A stretch of 64,000 nt of DNA from Lama guanicoe (taxonomy: Eukaryota). Under the pieces are notes generated by a model. That model was not told the origin of the DNA and ran no database searches. It saw nothing but the letters and a program-made list of their open reading frames with translations. The position numbers and the translations under genes were made by a program. The stretch is taken from contig MU053810.1 of NCBI GenBank assembly GCA_013239625.1, positions 5,426,071 to 5,490,070 on the forward strand, given 5' to 3'. This document shows, piece after piece, positions 26,150 through 39,069 of the stretch. Position 1 is the stretch's first letter. The number at the start of each line of letters is the position of its first letter.

Positions 26150-26885
26150 TTTTGTTAGAAAATTCATTGAGGTATAATTCATATAACCTAGAATTAACCA
26201 TTTCAAAGTGAACAGTTCAATAGTGTGTAATACATTCAGAGTGTTGTGTAACTACTGTCTTTACCTGTTTCAACACATTTTCATCCCTCTAAAATAAAAT
26301 TCCTTCCCCACTAAGCAGTTTTTGCCCACCTAATTGCTTTCAAGTACCAATCTGCCTTCTGTCTCCATGGATTTATCTATTCTGGAGTCTTCTGAGAAAT
26401 GGAATCGTACATATGTAACCTTTTGTGTCTGGCTTCTTTCACTTAGCATACTGCTTTGGAGAGTCATCCACACTATAGTGTGAATGAATATTCCTTTTTA
26501 TGGTTGAATGATATTACATTGTATGGATATACCACAGTTTGTTTTATCCATTCATCTGTTGATAGACATTTGGGCTGTTTCCACCTTTTGGCCATTGTGA
26601 TCAGTGCTTCTATGAACGTGCATGTATGTATACTTGTTTAAGTACCTACTTGCAGTTCTTTTGGGTCCATACCTAGGAATAGAATTTTGAGATCATATGG
26701 TAACTCTATGTGTAACTTCTGAGGAACCACCATATTGTTTTTATAGCAGATGCACATTGTACAGCAGTGTACAAGTGTTCCATTTTTTTCCCCCATGCTT
26801 GCCAACATTTGTTATTTTCTGGTTTTTTTTAACGTCATTTTAAATGTCATTTTTTAAAAAGTCATTATAGTGGGTGTGATGTATA
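26150..26885 (-). mobile_element. L1MB-type 3' region
   Basis: attgaggtataattcatataacc...tgtctccatggatttatctattctgga...tggcttctttcacttagcata...gatagacatttgggctgtttccacc...atcatatggtaactctatg. Confidence 0.85.
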
Positions 26886-27239
26886 AGTGGCTTCTTTTTA
26901 TTAGGCCTTTCCTGGTTTCTGCTTGAGGAAAGAGCCCCCTTAAAGTAGAAGGGAAGCGAGGCCCACTTTATTTTGCCAGCTGTTATGTGAAGAAAGAAAT
27001 CTTCAAGGAGATAGATTCTAGAAAGACCCTAAAAAGAGAGCATCCTTCTGGAACTCAGGACTTCAATCCCTTGGTCTGACCTCATGATCTCCCCACTCTA
27101 GCATGGATGATAGATGTTTTATCTCTGATGGACTCAATCCTGCCCTCTCTTCTTGAATGTGGGATGAGCTGTCAGACTAGCGAGGAGGGTTTGTAGGAAG
27201 GAAGCCAAAGCTTTCTGGACATGGAACAGATCAAGTCTT

Positions 27240-27580
27240 AGATTTATTTATGTATCCAATAAATATTTGTGAAGCATCTATTATGTGCCAGGCATTCCTC
27301 TAGGTGCTCTTGCTACATCAGTGACTTAGCTAGATACATTTCCTTGCTTGCATGAGCTTTCATTCTGGTAGGGGGAGATAGACACTGAACAATTAAATGT
27401 AGTAAGTAAATAACAAAACGTGATAAGTACTATGGAAAAAATGGGGCATGGGAAGAAGGCTCTGGAGAGCTGAGATGGGGGCACTTTGAAGTAATCAATA
27501 GTATAATGGGTAGATCTTTGAGGGAAACTGGCAATTGAGCATAGACTGGAAAGAGCTGGGCACAGGGGGAATCTCTGAAT
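27240..27580 (-). mobile_element. L2 3' relic
   Basis: caataaatatttgtgaagcatctattatgtgccaggcattcctctaggtgct...gagctttcattctggtagggggagatagaca. Confidence 0.7.
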
Positions 27581-28269
27581 CAAAAGAAGATCCTCCGTGC
27601 CACTCCAGTGTCACAGCTGTGGTTCCCTTGGGAAATGCCATCTTAGTCCCCACTTGCTCAGCTTTTGCATTTTCTTGGTCATCTTTTGATGTTCATCTGT
27701 CTGCTCCACTTTGCTCCATACACACACAGGTCTCTCTAGTTATGACTCAGCTGCTGATAAACCATGGGGAAGGCCAGGCAGCTCAGGACCTTGAGCAACT
27801 CTGGGCTCCTGGGACTTGGAAGCCAGGTGTGAGGGAATGAAAGCCTCCCCATTTAACTGAGATGGAGATTCAACCTTGTGAAGACCTGAAGGCCATCACT
27901 GGATGGGCTAGGGTTTGTTTTTTTTTTAACTCTGTCCTCTGGAAGGGATATCTAGAAGATGTTGGACATATTTGCAGCTCAGAGTTCAGATCACGTGTAA
28001 TTTTCAGACACCCCCTGTGCTTCTGGTATGGCGCCAAGGCCCCCGACACAGGCTTGAAGCCCGCCAGGCTCCTCTGTGCTATTTCCTCTTTAGAGGGAAC
28101 TGTTCATTTTGAGACAGGAGACAACAGGCATGTGGGGATACGGCGAGATGTGTTTGTTTCACATCATCAAGAGATTTACACTTGCAAGAGGAGACTCAGA
28201 ATTATTTTGACTCTGAGACCATATCCAGATTGGACCTTACCTCTTCAGGCCTTTGACTATTCTATACTG

Positions 28270-29330
28270 AAGTCTGTGTTTTACGAGATGAACGTACCTA
28301 TAATTAGGCTTGTAGCAGCCCCAGCCATGCACGGTCGGGAAATACAGCGTCAATATCTTGATGTCTGTTCTTTACAGCAATGGCTGACCTCGAGTTTGTC
28401 AGAGGATGGTTTGTTTCCGAAACAAAATCTGCTTCCCATTTTAAACTTGTAGCTTCACGTTCAGCATTTAGAGAACGGCATGTGGGCGGATGATCGGTAT
28501 GTGTATCGTCTCTAAATTTTACTTTTTTCCCCCTAAACTAAAAAATATATAGCGAAGTATAATTAAAACAAGATGTTGCTTTAAATATTGTTTCTTTAAA
28601 TATCCCACGATTGCAAAGAACAGCGCAAGATCGTCTGCAGAATACTTTTCCAAAATGTAATGGGGTTTGCTCTTTCTCATTTCAGTTATTTTAGGCAGTC
28701 ATTAAACAATTGTTAGCCAGTTTAGTCAGTTTATATAAAACCGCATATTTTGCAGCTTTAAATGCCACAGGAGAAGTTCCAGTGTAAACAGAGGAGAGCA
28801 GAATCAGTGCTTCAAACGGAAGCGCCCGGCACTGGACCTCACTCCGGCTGGAGAAATGCTTACAGGCCCACGACCACAAAGTTGACTCACCCCAGCAGTT
28901 GAAGAGGGTCCGGGCCTTGCAACAGTTCAGGTTAGTGGGCGGAGCCGAGAGGCCAGGTCCCAGCTCAAGGTCCCTGTGGGTCAGTTTCCTTTGTTCTGCG
29001 GTCGCAGATTGTGTCCCAGACCCTGGCAAACTTCTCACAAATGCATTCCACTCATCAAGGGAGTGTGGATTAGGAACTGCTGGCTCACAGCCGGAGGGAT
29101 GCTCAGCCACCCTTGGGCAGGAGTGCCAAGAGCGTTCTTGGTTCAGACTGTCGTTGCCTGAGGTGGCGGGGATGGCTCTGGCTCTGAGGGACACCTGCCT
29201 TGGGTGATGAGCTCTGGAGCTCACGCTTGGATATGATGACTGGCTCTACCCACGGTCAGTTTCTTCCAGAGCTGCTGCCAAAAAAAGGAACAGAGGAGTA
29301 AAAGCTGCTGATGCTTCCTGTGTAACATCC
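28270..29330. promoter_or_regulatory. Candidate enhancer or alternative promoter (CpG-enriched, motif cluster)
   Basis: CpG is visibly enriched over the flanks. Motifs: TATAAAA 28734-28740, TGTAAACA 28783-28790, CGGAAG 28817-28822, ACCACA 28873-28878, TGACTCA 28883-28889, GGGCGG 28937-28942, CATTCCA 29044-29050. Confidence 0.45.
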
Positions 29331-29499
29331 GTGACTTTGAATTTACCTGGAGAGTCTCTCCTTTGGGACAGAGCATCCTATTCCTTGTTCATTAATTAAA
29401 AGGCATTGAAAACAAGCTTTCACCTGTGATGTCTGCGATGCCTTTTTAAGATTGCTGGTTTCTCACGCCTCCTCTTCACAGTACAGAGAGCAGCAGTAG

Positions 29500-29690
29500 T
29501 AACACTAGGAACAGCTGACACTTACTGAGCACTTCTTATGTTCCAGGCTTCGTTTTGCAGGTTTTATATATATTAACTCATTTAATCCTCAGAGTAACCC
29601 TATCCAAAGGGATCTTCATTAGTACGACCATCTTTATGTTACAGATGTGACACAGAGAGATTACATTGCTTAAAATCCCACAATTCGATG
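29500..29690 (-). mobile_element. MIR relic
   Basis: cagctgacacttactgagcacttcttatgttccagg...attaactcatttaatcctcagagtaaccctat...ttacagatg. Confidence 0.75.
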
Positions 29691-30389
29691 GCAGGTTTCA
29701 TCCACTGTATGAAGCTGTTTAGCCGCACAGCCCGGTGGCAGTGGCAGCAGCACATCTTTGCATCCTTTGTGTCGGTCTCTTATTAAAGCAGGACTTGACT
29801 TTTCTGGTGCCATCTACTCTCAGGGATGCCTAAAACAAACTCATCTTCCTAACAGAGGGGTACCCTTGTCTTCTTTTCCAGTCCCACCACTGTGAATGAA
29901 ATAACTTTGTCTGCGTGGCCACTTTGTTCTAAAATTAATTTGGGAAGGCTTGAGAACAACTGTCTTCCAGGCAACAAAGATTAAAAGGTTAATTTCCCTA
30001 TATTGCTGATTTCCAGGACAGAGGCTTTGATTCCATCCTACCATGCGTGTTTCTGGCTATTCGTGAATGTAGGAGGTTCTCTTATCATTCCACCACCCTC
30101 TCCCCTTTTCTCTTTTTCAGTCCTTGTGGGGCACCGCGTTCTGCCTCTGAGCTGCCCAGGCATTACTCTCTTATAATGATCAAGACACGGGTCAGTAATT
30201 TTCAGTACTCTTAGGTGACAGGAACCATGTCTCATTCATCTTCTCTGCTCATCCAGCACTCAGGAATTCAGGCTGGTACACTGGGAACACTCAGTAAATG
30301 TTTACTGAATGAGCAAAATCCCTTCCTCTATCTTGTATTCCTCTGCCAGTAACCTCCTCCAGACACTCATTATTTCCTGCCGAAGGTGT

Positions 30390-31060
30390 ATCGGTTAGAA
30401 TGGCCTGCAAGTAACATCAAAGACAACTCAATCTGGTTTTGGCAATAAGGAATCTTATTGGCAGACAGAACTGGAAGTCCAGAGACAATGCAAGCCCCAA
30501 GATGGACTTAATCCAAGCACTCTAGTGTTTCTCTCTGATTCCCTGGACCCTGTCCTCCTTCAGCCAACAGCACTGTGGTTATAGGAGTTCAGATCCTCAG
30601 ATCCAGCCCCAGTGACATCCAGCCAGCATCTTGGCATCTTGAATAGCTCTTTTTTTTTTTTTTCAGATTTTGTTCTGGAGGACGGGAGGGAGATAATTAG
30701 GTTTATTTATTAATTTACTTACTTTTTTTTTTAAGAGGAGGTACTGGGGATTGAACCCAGAACCTCGTGGCATGCTAAGCATGCGCTCTACCACTTTGAG
30801 CTATATGCTCCCACCCAGCCAGCGTCTTGAAGAGTGCGCTTTTCCTGGAAGCATCTAGGAGGTACCACTTTGTGTTTCGTTAGTTTGGATGGGGTCCCGT
30901 ATCTGTCCCTGAACCAGTTCTTGTGGCCAGAGGATTGCCAGTTTCTGATTGGTTTACAGCTGGATTGGTGAACCAGGCAATGGCATGGGAGAAGGGATGC
31001 CTTTGAATAAAAATACAGTTGGGCCAACTTCTCCTGGAGCTGGCCTCTTAATGGAGGATA
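30390..31060. mobile_element. Old ERVL/MaLR-type LTR relic interrupted by a SINE
   Basis: ctgcaagtaacatcaaagacaactcaatctggttttggcaataaggaatcttattggc...aactggaagtccagag; continues after the SINE (tccctgaaccagttcttgtggccagaggat). Confidence 0.5.
30649..30814 (-). mobile_element. Vic-1-like SINE with TSD-like repeats
   Basis: Poly-T, then gaggtactggggattgaacccagaacctcgtggcatgctaagcatgcgctctaccactttgagctata. Flanked by ccagccagcatcttg (30619-30633) and ccagccagcgtcttg (30815-30829). Confidence 0.88.
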
Positions 31061-31395
31061 GACAGGAGGCTGAGTAACACTGGGGGTATAGTTGGGAAGA
31101 GAGGTTGGCTCTGGGGAGTCATAGCCATTAATGTCCAGTACAGGAGGCTCTGTAAAACTTCCCAGTTGGTGTCCCTCCCTTTGGATCCTCCCTCCTTCAG
31201 TCCTTTCCATATAAAGCCACAAGGTTAATCTCTCTGAACCATGACATTTGTGACACAACACTGATGAAGACATGTTAAATAACTCACCAGGGCCTCCTGG
31301 AAAATATGCCAACATTTAAGCCTCCGTTTAAGACAATCTCATTTTATTCTTGCAGATTCATCTTCCAGTTCCTTTGCAGCTTTAGTAAAAGCTGG

Positions 31396-31758
31396 TGTTG
31401 TGAACTGAATGCTTGCGTGTCCCTCGAATTCAGAGGCTGAAATCCTAACACCCAAAATGATGGTCTTAGGAGATGGGCGTTTGGATGGGAATTAGGTCAT
31501 GAGGGTGGCGCTCTTACGAAAGGGATTAGTGCCCTTTTAAAAGAGGCCCCAGAGAGCAATCTGGTCTTTTCTGCCGTGCGAGGGGCACCAGGAGGAAAAG
31601 GCCTCCTGTAGTGTGGAACGGGGTCCTCACCAGATCTCAACCCTGCTGGCACCCAGTCTTAGGCTTCGAGAGGCCAGAACCCTGAGAAATACATCCCTGT
31701 TGTTAATAGGTCGCCTGGTCTGTGACAGTGTGTAATAGCAGGCTGAGTGGATAAGACA
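31396..31758 (+). mobile_element. MLT1A-like MaLR solo LTR with intact 5-bp TSD
   Basis: TG...CA ends; gaaatcctaacaccc...attaggtcatgagggtgg...gggattagtgccctt. TSD GCTGG at 31391-31395 and 31759-31763. Confidence 0.88.
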
Positions 31759-33510
31759 GCTGGGCTTTGGCCAAAAGGGCTTACTCGTCATTCACCAGTA
31801 GAACAGCTTCATGCCTTTGCTTCTGCTCTTTCCATTTTCTCCACCTGAAATCATTTCTGTCCTCCTCTGTGCACATCGAAATCCTAACCTTGCTTCCAGG
31901 ATCCACCACAAATTGTTCTCTCTGAAACATCTGAGGACCACTCTACTTTGAATCAATCCACCTTTATTCTAAAATCTGTAGCATTTATGAGGATAGTGTG
32001 GCATGTGACATAAGCTAAGTTGTAATGTAAATTTTGTTGGGTTGAAGATCTTCATTGCAGGAGTCACGAATAAATTGAGAGTATTTTGATTTATGCAATC
32101 CATACTCTGTACCGACTTTTAAAATGTATCCTGTTTGATGTAATCTTTGTTTTATCACATGGCTTACCTGATATTTGAATATACCTTTTTTCCACTGATA
32201 AAAGGAAGGGGAAATTTGCTTGAATTTGTGCATAATAATGAGCATAAATCCTTTAAAATAATAAAATCTAAAACTCATAAAAATGATCCTTTGTTTTTAT
32301 AACTATTAGGCATGTTTTCTGTAGTATTTGATTGTTCATCATTTTACCTATTTAAATGAATTTGTCCATTTTTCCCGCTAATGAAGTACTGCTTATCAAT
32401 TGAGACTTTTAGTAGTCTTATACTAGATTTTTCTAAGAAACTCAGAACTTTATCTAATTCATTAATTTTTACAATAATTTTTTAATTGTCAAGCAGCAAT
32501 CATTTGTTATCCCTATTTTTTAAGTAGGGGCAGTTTAAGAGACGAGATAATGAGTTATTACCATTCAGAAATTGTTTTCTAATGCCTCCATGCCCAAGGT
32601 AACCTCCATCTAGAACGTCTTGCTTCTAGAAACAGCAAATTTTTGCACTCCATACACTTTTTGCACTGAAATTCACTCCTGTGACATTTATACCGACTCT
32701 TAAGATGGGGTAAGACTTTGGTTTCAATAGGATAATAGGGTCCACTTCATAAGCTTCAGTTTTATGGCCAAAACTAAATCTATTGGAGTTATTATTTGTT
32801 TGCTTATTCCTTATAACTTACTACTTGGAGCCATTTATCTATGCGTTACTATTGAATTCATCAAATATTGAGGACTTTTTTCTAGTGACTGTGGTTGCTT
32901 GTTCACTACAACTTCCAAAACAGCAGGCCTGCTAGATTTCTTACCTATTGCCGTCTAACAGGCTCCGGTATCATTTGTACACCTCGTATACAATCAGATG
33001 ACCAAGGAGAACAGATCGGGTGGAATTTCAAGCCTCCCTGCTCTGTGTCTGTTCATCTGCTTTGATTCTCAGATTTTCTTTAACAAAGTGTCAAAAATCT
33101 TCCACTGGGGTTAAAGGGCTCTTTCTTGAAAATTGTATTAGATTCATAGGTGGCTCCCTAGTGTGGTGGTAGTCGGGTTAGAGAAGGGAGAGTCCGTGCT
33201 TGGGTCTCCTGACATAGAAGGTAGAAATAATTTTGCTGTGTGAAGGAAGTCGATGAAAAAGTTAACGGGCAAGACAAAAAAAAAGCTGATTGTGGATGGC
33301 TTGACGATATTGTCAGGATAAACTAATTGATTCCTCTGTGTGGGATTCAACAGAACTGTGAAAAGGTCATCTTGCATGGTTTGATGGTTGGAAGACAGGT
33401 GTTCTCAGGGGAAACATGTAGTTTCCTAGTTTCTTCTCCAGTGAAGATTAAGTGCATACAACTATCTTCTCTGTGCCTCCGTTTCTCCAGCTCTCAAATG
33501 GGGCATCAGC

Positions 33511-33827
33511 TGTGGTGTGAACGTGCCCCCTCAAAATTCACATGTTGAAATCCTAACTCCCAAAGGCAACAGTATTAGTAGATGGTGATTTGGGATGTGA
33601 TTAGGTCATGAGGGTGGAGCCCTCATGAGTGGGATTTGTGCCCTTATAAAGGAGATCCCACAGAGCACCCTGGCCCTTTCCACATGTTAGGACACAGTGA
33701 AAAGACTGTGAGCCAGAAAGAGAGCTTTCACAGGACTGTGCTGGCACTCTGATCCTGGACGTCCCAACCTGCAGAATTGGGAGAAGTAAGCTACCCTGTC
33801 TCTGTTTTGTTATAGCATCCCAAATAG
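33511..33827 (+). mobile_element. MLT1A-like MaLR solo LTR following a MIR core
   Basis: caaaattcacatgttgaaatcctaactcccaa...gattaggtcatgagggtggagccctcatgagtgggatttgtgcccttataaaggaga; preceded by tctctgtgcctccgtttctcc (MIR). Confidence 0.85.
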
Positions 33828-34309
33828 TTGGTTTGGGTTTACCTAAATGCAGTCCACAATCTGATTGTCTCTTGGAAGAGAGAGGTGTCTTGCAAAAAAA
33901 AACAAAAACAAAAACAAAAAAACTTTCATACTAAGAATGTGCCTGAGGCTGCTTTACTCTGGAGTAAGTCTCAGATCTAAAATTTCCTCTACATAAAATG
34001 GCATATGTAAGTTTTGCTTCACTGGAACATTAGAATGCTATGTATAATGTTGCCATTCTGTCAGATTGCTGATTATGCACCCACCTCTGATTTGACTTGT
34101 CCTGAAGTGATAGGATCAGTTGCTCCAAAGTTGATAAACTTGAAAGAACCAGAATCCGTGTTTTATTTGAATACCCAGATGGAGTGAAAGATAATAGAAA
34201 GGTTTATTGCAATGACTAAAAGGTAAAATGCTGTTAAGTTTCAAGAATAAATACTTTCAACTCAAAAAAACAAAAAGCACCAAATGTTATAAATGTTGAC
34301 AGTCTCTTT

Positions 34310-34510
34310 AGAGGCAGAGAAGCAGGGTCTAAAAATCATCCATTTACTGCAAGTTATTTCTTAACTCCTCCAAACCTTTGTTTCCTCATTTGTAAAGTGA
34401 AAATAATACTACACAATCTCTAAAGATTTATTTTTAAAAAAGGTAATATGGATTGAGGATTTAGCATAATGCCTGGGACGGAGAAGAGAACTGCTCCATA
34501 AATGGCGGCC
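34310..34510 (+). mobile_element. MIR relic
   Basis: tttcctcatttgtaaagtgaaaataatact...ttagcataatgcctgg. Confidence 0.55.
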
Positions 34511-35229
34511 AGATAGAATGAATTGAGAAGGTTGTACCAGAATCCACAGCTCCTGAATCACGTTCAGGTGCTATTTTGGGATGTTTATACATTCTGGGTT
34601 ATGTCTGCACAGTGTAACCTCCATCTGAAATAGTGTAGCTCCTAGAAACAGCAGATTCTTTGCCCTGGCTCTTTGTCTCAAGAGACATTCCTTCTGTAAT
34701 CCGTGATGTTTTTCCATTGAAACTCACTTTCTTGACGTATATACTGACATTGTGTGATTAGGTCAGGTTGCTTTCATATTATCTCTGTTATTAAGTGAGA
34801 GTAGATTTCTCTTGATAAGAAAACTCCGTTAACAAGGTCCTCATTAACTGAGCCATCCCTGAACGTTGCCCCCACGGATGCTTTAAAAGCTTCTGTCACT
34901 CACCCTTTGAAAACATCAGATCATACAGCCCTGGAGCAGGTTTTGGTAATATTGTGCAGGCTCTCATGGGTACACAAGGAGGAAATAAACATGTGCTCCC
35001 TAGCCACAGCATCCGGATCCAATACTTAGTGAAAACTTGGCTCCTTCTCCTGTATTCCACTCAACTGTGGGGAAGTAGACATCTTCAGGCTGACCCTAGG
35101 GAGGGAGAATTGTAATAGAGTGGGATCACAGAGAAGTTGAACAGTGGGCAAGCATCTTTACAAACCAGGCAGACTAGAGTGGGTGATCCCAAGCCTGAAC
35201 CCCTGACCAAAAAAAGGGTTTGCACCATG

Positions 35230-35720
35230 GCTGGGAATTAGCCTTCATTTTCTTTTCTTTTCTTTTTTTTTATTGTGATGTAATTGACATGGAACTTACA
35301 ATAAGTTTAAGGCATACAACATGTTGATTTGATACATTCTCACTGCAGTATGATTGCCATTGTGCTGTTATCTGACACCTCTATCGAGTTACATAATTAT
35401 AATTTCTTCTAGTGGTGGGAACAATTAAGATTTAGTTGCTTAGCAAGTTTAATGTTTATAATACAGTTTTGTTGTCCATAAACCCTGCACTGTGTATTAG
35501 ATCTCCAGGACTTATTTATCTACTGGTTGCACATCTGTGCCCTTAAAAAAAGTCTCTCCCATCCCCCTGCCCCTTGGTCCCTGGTAGTTACCATTCCATT
35601 CTGTTTTTTCAAGTTTGTTTTTTGAGATGCAACATATAAAAGATATCATACAGTGTGCTTGTCTTTGTCTGGCTTATCTCACTTAGCATAATGTCCTCAA
35701 GGTTCATCCATGGTGTCCAA
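35230..35720 (-). mobile_element. L1MA9-like 3' end with T-rich tail on the plus strand
   Basis: taagtttaaggcatacaacatgttgatttgataca...gaacaattaagatttagttgcttagcaagttt...tgtattagatctccaggacttatt...ggcttatctcacttagcataatgtcctcaaggttcatccatg. Confidence 0.85.
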
Positions 35721-36548
35721 ATAGTTATTTTTCTTTGTTTGATGGCTTTCTCCTTTCCTGCATGTATCCTTGGAAACACACCATGAATGAGTGCAGGAAA
35801 GCTTTCATTACGAAGGTAGTCATTTTATTCAAGATTGAAATGCTTTATTATTTTCCATATTACTTTAACTAGCTCCTTCCCCCCCAAAAAAGATGACTTA
35901 ATGAGAAAGTATAAATAAGAAAACAAACACCCATATACAGCATTCAGATATACATGTGTGTGTGTATCTATAGGGGAGAAATTTAAAAGTTACACGTGAA
36001 TGATCATTGATTTATTTTAGCAGAGGCTGGAGAGTGAGCAGCACAATTGCATATATGGAAATGAAGAAGGAACAGTAATTGTGTTATAATTTCCCTACTC
36101 TGCCTTTTTTTTTTCCGCTAGTGACAGCGATCATGAAAAGCAGGTTGATGGAATACAAAACATTGAATAAAGAACTGTCATTTGATAATAGCATTTTATA
36201 GAATCTGTCTTTTGAAATATAATAAAAAAAAATTTCACAACCCATGTTTCTCTACTTCTGCCAATTGTCCAGGGTGTTTGTGCTTATTCATTTGTGCATG
36301 GAAGTTTCAGGAAGAAAATACAGTCATTTCTGTAAAGGTTAGGTTTATAAGGCTCAATAAAAACAGGCTCATTCAAACAAAAAAGCAGTCAGAGTGCAAA
36401 ATGGCAAATAAAGGGGGATCTGATCCTTATAGGAGAAAAAATATTAAATTTTAACCTTGTGTTGAAATAGACAAAGGGACCTGCAGACTTTACAAGTGCC
36501 GTTTTGCCTCCACCACTCTGTTTCGGCTTACAGATGGTCCAGGCGATA

Positions 36549-36562
36549 GTTGCTATAGAAAC
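36549..36562. promoter_or_regulatory. RFX X-box-like motif GTTGCTATAGAAAC
   Basis: Fits GTTGCY-AT-RGNAAC. A second partial site GTTGCTATGG lies at 36586-36595. Confidence 0.45.
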
Positions 36563-37499
36563 CAAACCTTCATCAGTCTCTCTCTGTTGCTATGGTGTGT
36601 TTGGGGTTTCTGCACGTAAACTTTTGTATTAAGTGTCGTTTATGTTTTTCATGACTGACCTTCTAGTGAAACCTACCAATTAACGCATTCAACAACAAAA
36701 TGAATCTTGAAAATGATGCTTTACCACTAATTGTCAGTTTCTAAGTAGAATAGGTAGACCTAAAATCATTGGTAGATATCACTGTGCTTTTTTTTCACCA
36801 GGCTATTCGAAACGTTAATGTGACAAAGAAAACGTGCTTGAATTCACAGAGGTGGACTCTCTTTTTTTTTTCTTAAACGTGATAGATTTTCTTGTAAGAT
36901 TCAAGATCTCCTGAAAGTTAAATCTGTAATAGCATTCGGAATTCCCGCATTGTAATTTTTGCTCTGACATTTGACGTGTGGCCTTAAGCAACTCATTAGC
37001 CTCTGGATTTAATGAGATAATGGAACTGTGGCATAACAGATGGATATACGGTTAGCTCCATGAGGGCAGGTGTACTGCCTGTCTTGATTATCCTTGTACA
37101 TTCAGAGACCAGTACAATATGTTGAAAAAGACGCTGGAACAAGGGAAAAATTCAAAAGTAGCTGTTGAGTGAATGAATACACATGTAGTGGCTTCTGATC
37201 ACATAGGCATCTCATACTCTAGATTCTATGTTAATTTCAAGAGGTATTTTCAAGACTAGGCTTCATTTCATTTTGATTCAATAAATATTTATTGAATTCC
37301 TACAGTGGCAAAATGCTTCCCTTCTTGCTGGATTCCATACACCTTACAAAGATTCTGTAGTCCAAATTTTCTGATTTTTACTAATCTGTAGCTCTTAAGT
37401 GATTTTTGTTTTGTTTCATTTTTGGTTCACACATTGAGGTTTTCATATTTGAATAATAACTTCCTGATCTTTCCTTTGAAGGTGCATTATTAACAAGAC

Positions 37500-37735
37500 A
37501 CTTGTCTATCAGGGCTTAGAAGCACGAGACTTTGAATCAGACTCAGGTGTAAACATGGTACCTCTGCACCATTGAGAAGGCTACTTCCCATCGCTAGCCT
37601 CAGTTTTCTCATCTGTGTAGTGGGGATAACAATTACCTACCTCATGTAATTACTGTGAGAATTAAATGAGAGTCATAAAGTACTAAGCATAGCAGTTAGC
37701 CGAGTGAGAGCTCCAAATGTGGTAGCTGTCATTCA
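37500..37735 (+). mobile_element. MIR SINE
   Basis: gactttgaatcagactcagg...gcctcagttttctcatctgtgtagtggggataacaattacctacctca...tgtgagaattaaatgag. Confidence 0.8.
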
Positions 37736-37921
37736 GTACATATGCAGAGACGATGTGCTTGCATCTCATTTGTTGAAGTCAAAAATCTGTGGATTTTATC
37801 ATTTCGTATTTCTATTCAGTGCCTCTAACTGTGCTGTGCCAGCTCTTAACTTTTCCACTAGGTGAGGATCTCTTAATAACATTTGACATGTTCTGTAACT
37901 TACCAGTCATTTGGGGCTATT

Positions 37922-37923
<2 letters not shown>

Positions 37924-37977
<54 letters not shown>
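37924..37977. repeat. (TAA)18 microsatellite
   Basis: Read directly; 54 nt uninterrupted. Confidence 0.95.
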
Positions 37978-37979
<2 letters not shown>

Positions 37980-39069
37980 GTCCTGTGCACTTTAAAATCC
38001 CAGTCACAGATGTGCTTTATTTAATCTGGTCTCCATGACCTCCAGATCAGACTCCTGAATCTTGGAACTGGATAAGGTTTCATCTGTTTGTCAGTTCTTC
38101 CACTCTGGCTCCTTGGAGTTGAGGGGAGGGGGTGGCATTGAACTCTTCCCTGTTTCTCATCAAAGCCTGACTCCTGTGGTTTAGATGAGAACTCAGGGCA
38201 GTGAAGATTTCACATAATCTTTGCAACACAGGATGACGTCCTTGGTCTTGCTCTGGTCTGGTCCGTTTCCATCTGCGGAGTCTGAGGTCTGTGGGTGGGT
38301 CCCAGGGAGAGGCTATCATGGTTTCCAGTTTCCTCAGGTCCCTTCCATGGATGAAGAGTCTGAGAGGACAGCTCTCTTCTTTTAACTCCTTAAGCAGTCT
38401 TCTCCCCCAGCCCTCTCCCCGAGTGGAACATCCACTTCCTTGGGCTACTGCCAGGGCATCCCTCCAGCAGCTGCCCAATATGGAACCACGGAAATGGCCC
38501 CACCCTGCCATCCTGTTCTTCCTCTCCCCAGGCCCCCATTCTGTGCTCTGTTGCTTTTTCCTCCTCTTGGCAACAGCTGCTCCAGCACGCCTTCCTCCTC
38601 CTTGCAGACATTTTCAAGGCAATATACAAGCAAGACACAGGACTGTGTCCATGCACTTCCCCCAAACTCCAGGGGCACATCCAGACTCTCCCATGAACTC
38701 CCGAACATGCCCCACCCCCTCCAAAGGTGGGGCTTGGTGGGGTGATGTGCTTCCCGCTGGCACTTCCCAACGGGCAGGCAGAAACTGAGGAGGGAGATGC
38801 CAGTTTCCTTTTCTTGTTGGCAGGTGAGGTAAGACTTGCTCCCGTATACATCTAAGTAAAATTTTAAAATCCATTTTGCACAGGGACTGGGACATGTCAG
38901 TTAATAAACATTATATCCTAGAGCGTTACAACACATAAAGTTATCATTTACCAAAAATTAAAGTTTGTAACATATGGAAGCCATATGGCACTTAAGTCTC
39001 TAATGCAAGGACTTGCTTGCAGCACCATAAGGCTTAGAACATCATTTGTATACATTCGTTTTTCTTTTA

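Noticed and set aside
27862..28452. 196-aa ATG-initiated ORF
   Set aside because: No recognisable domain or family and no supporting splice or poly(A) context. It is compatible with a chance ORF; BLASTP or PhyloCSF would settle it.
31396..33827. Full MaLR provirus (two same-orientation MLT1A-like LTRs ~1.75 kb apart)
   Set aside because: The first LTR has its own GCTGG TSD, the second follows a MIR core, and the spacer does not resemble MLT1-int. These are two independent solo LTRs.
38080..38895. Stack of six overlapping ORFs on both strands
   Set aside because: A locally GC-richer segment depleted of stops, giving Pro/Ser/Gly-rich translations with no recognisable homology.
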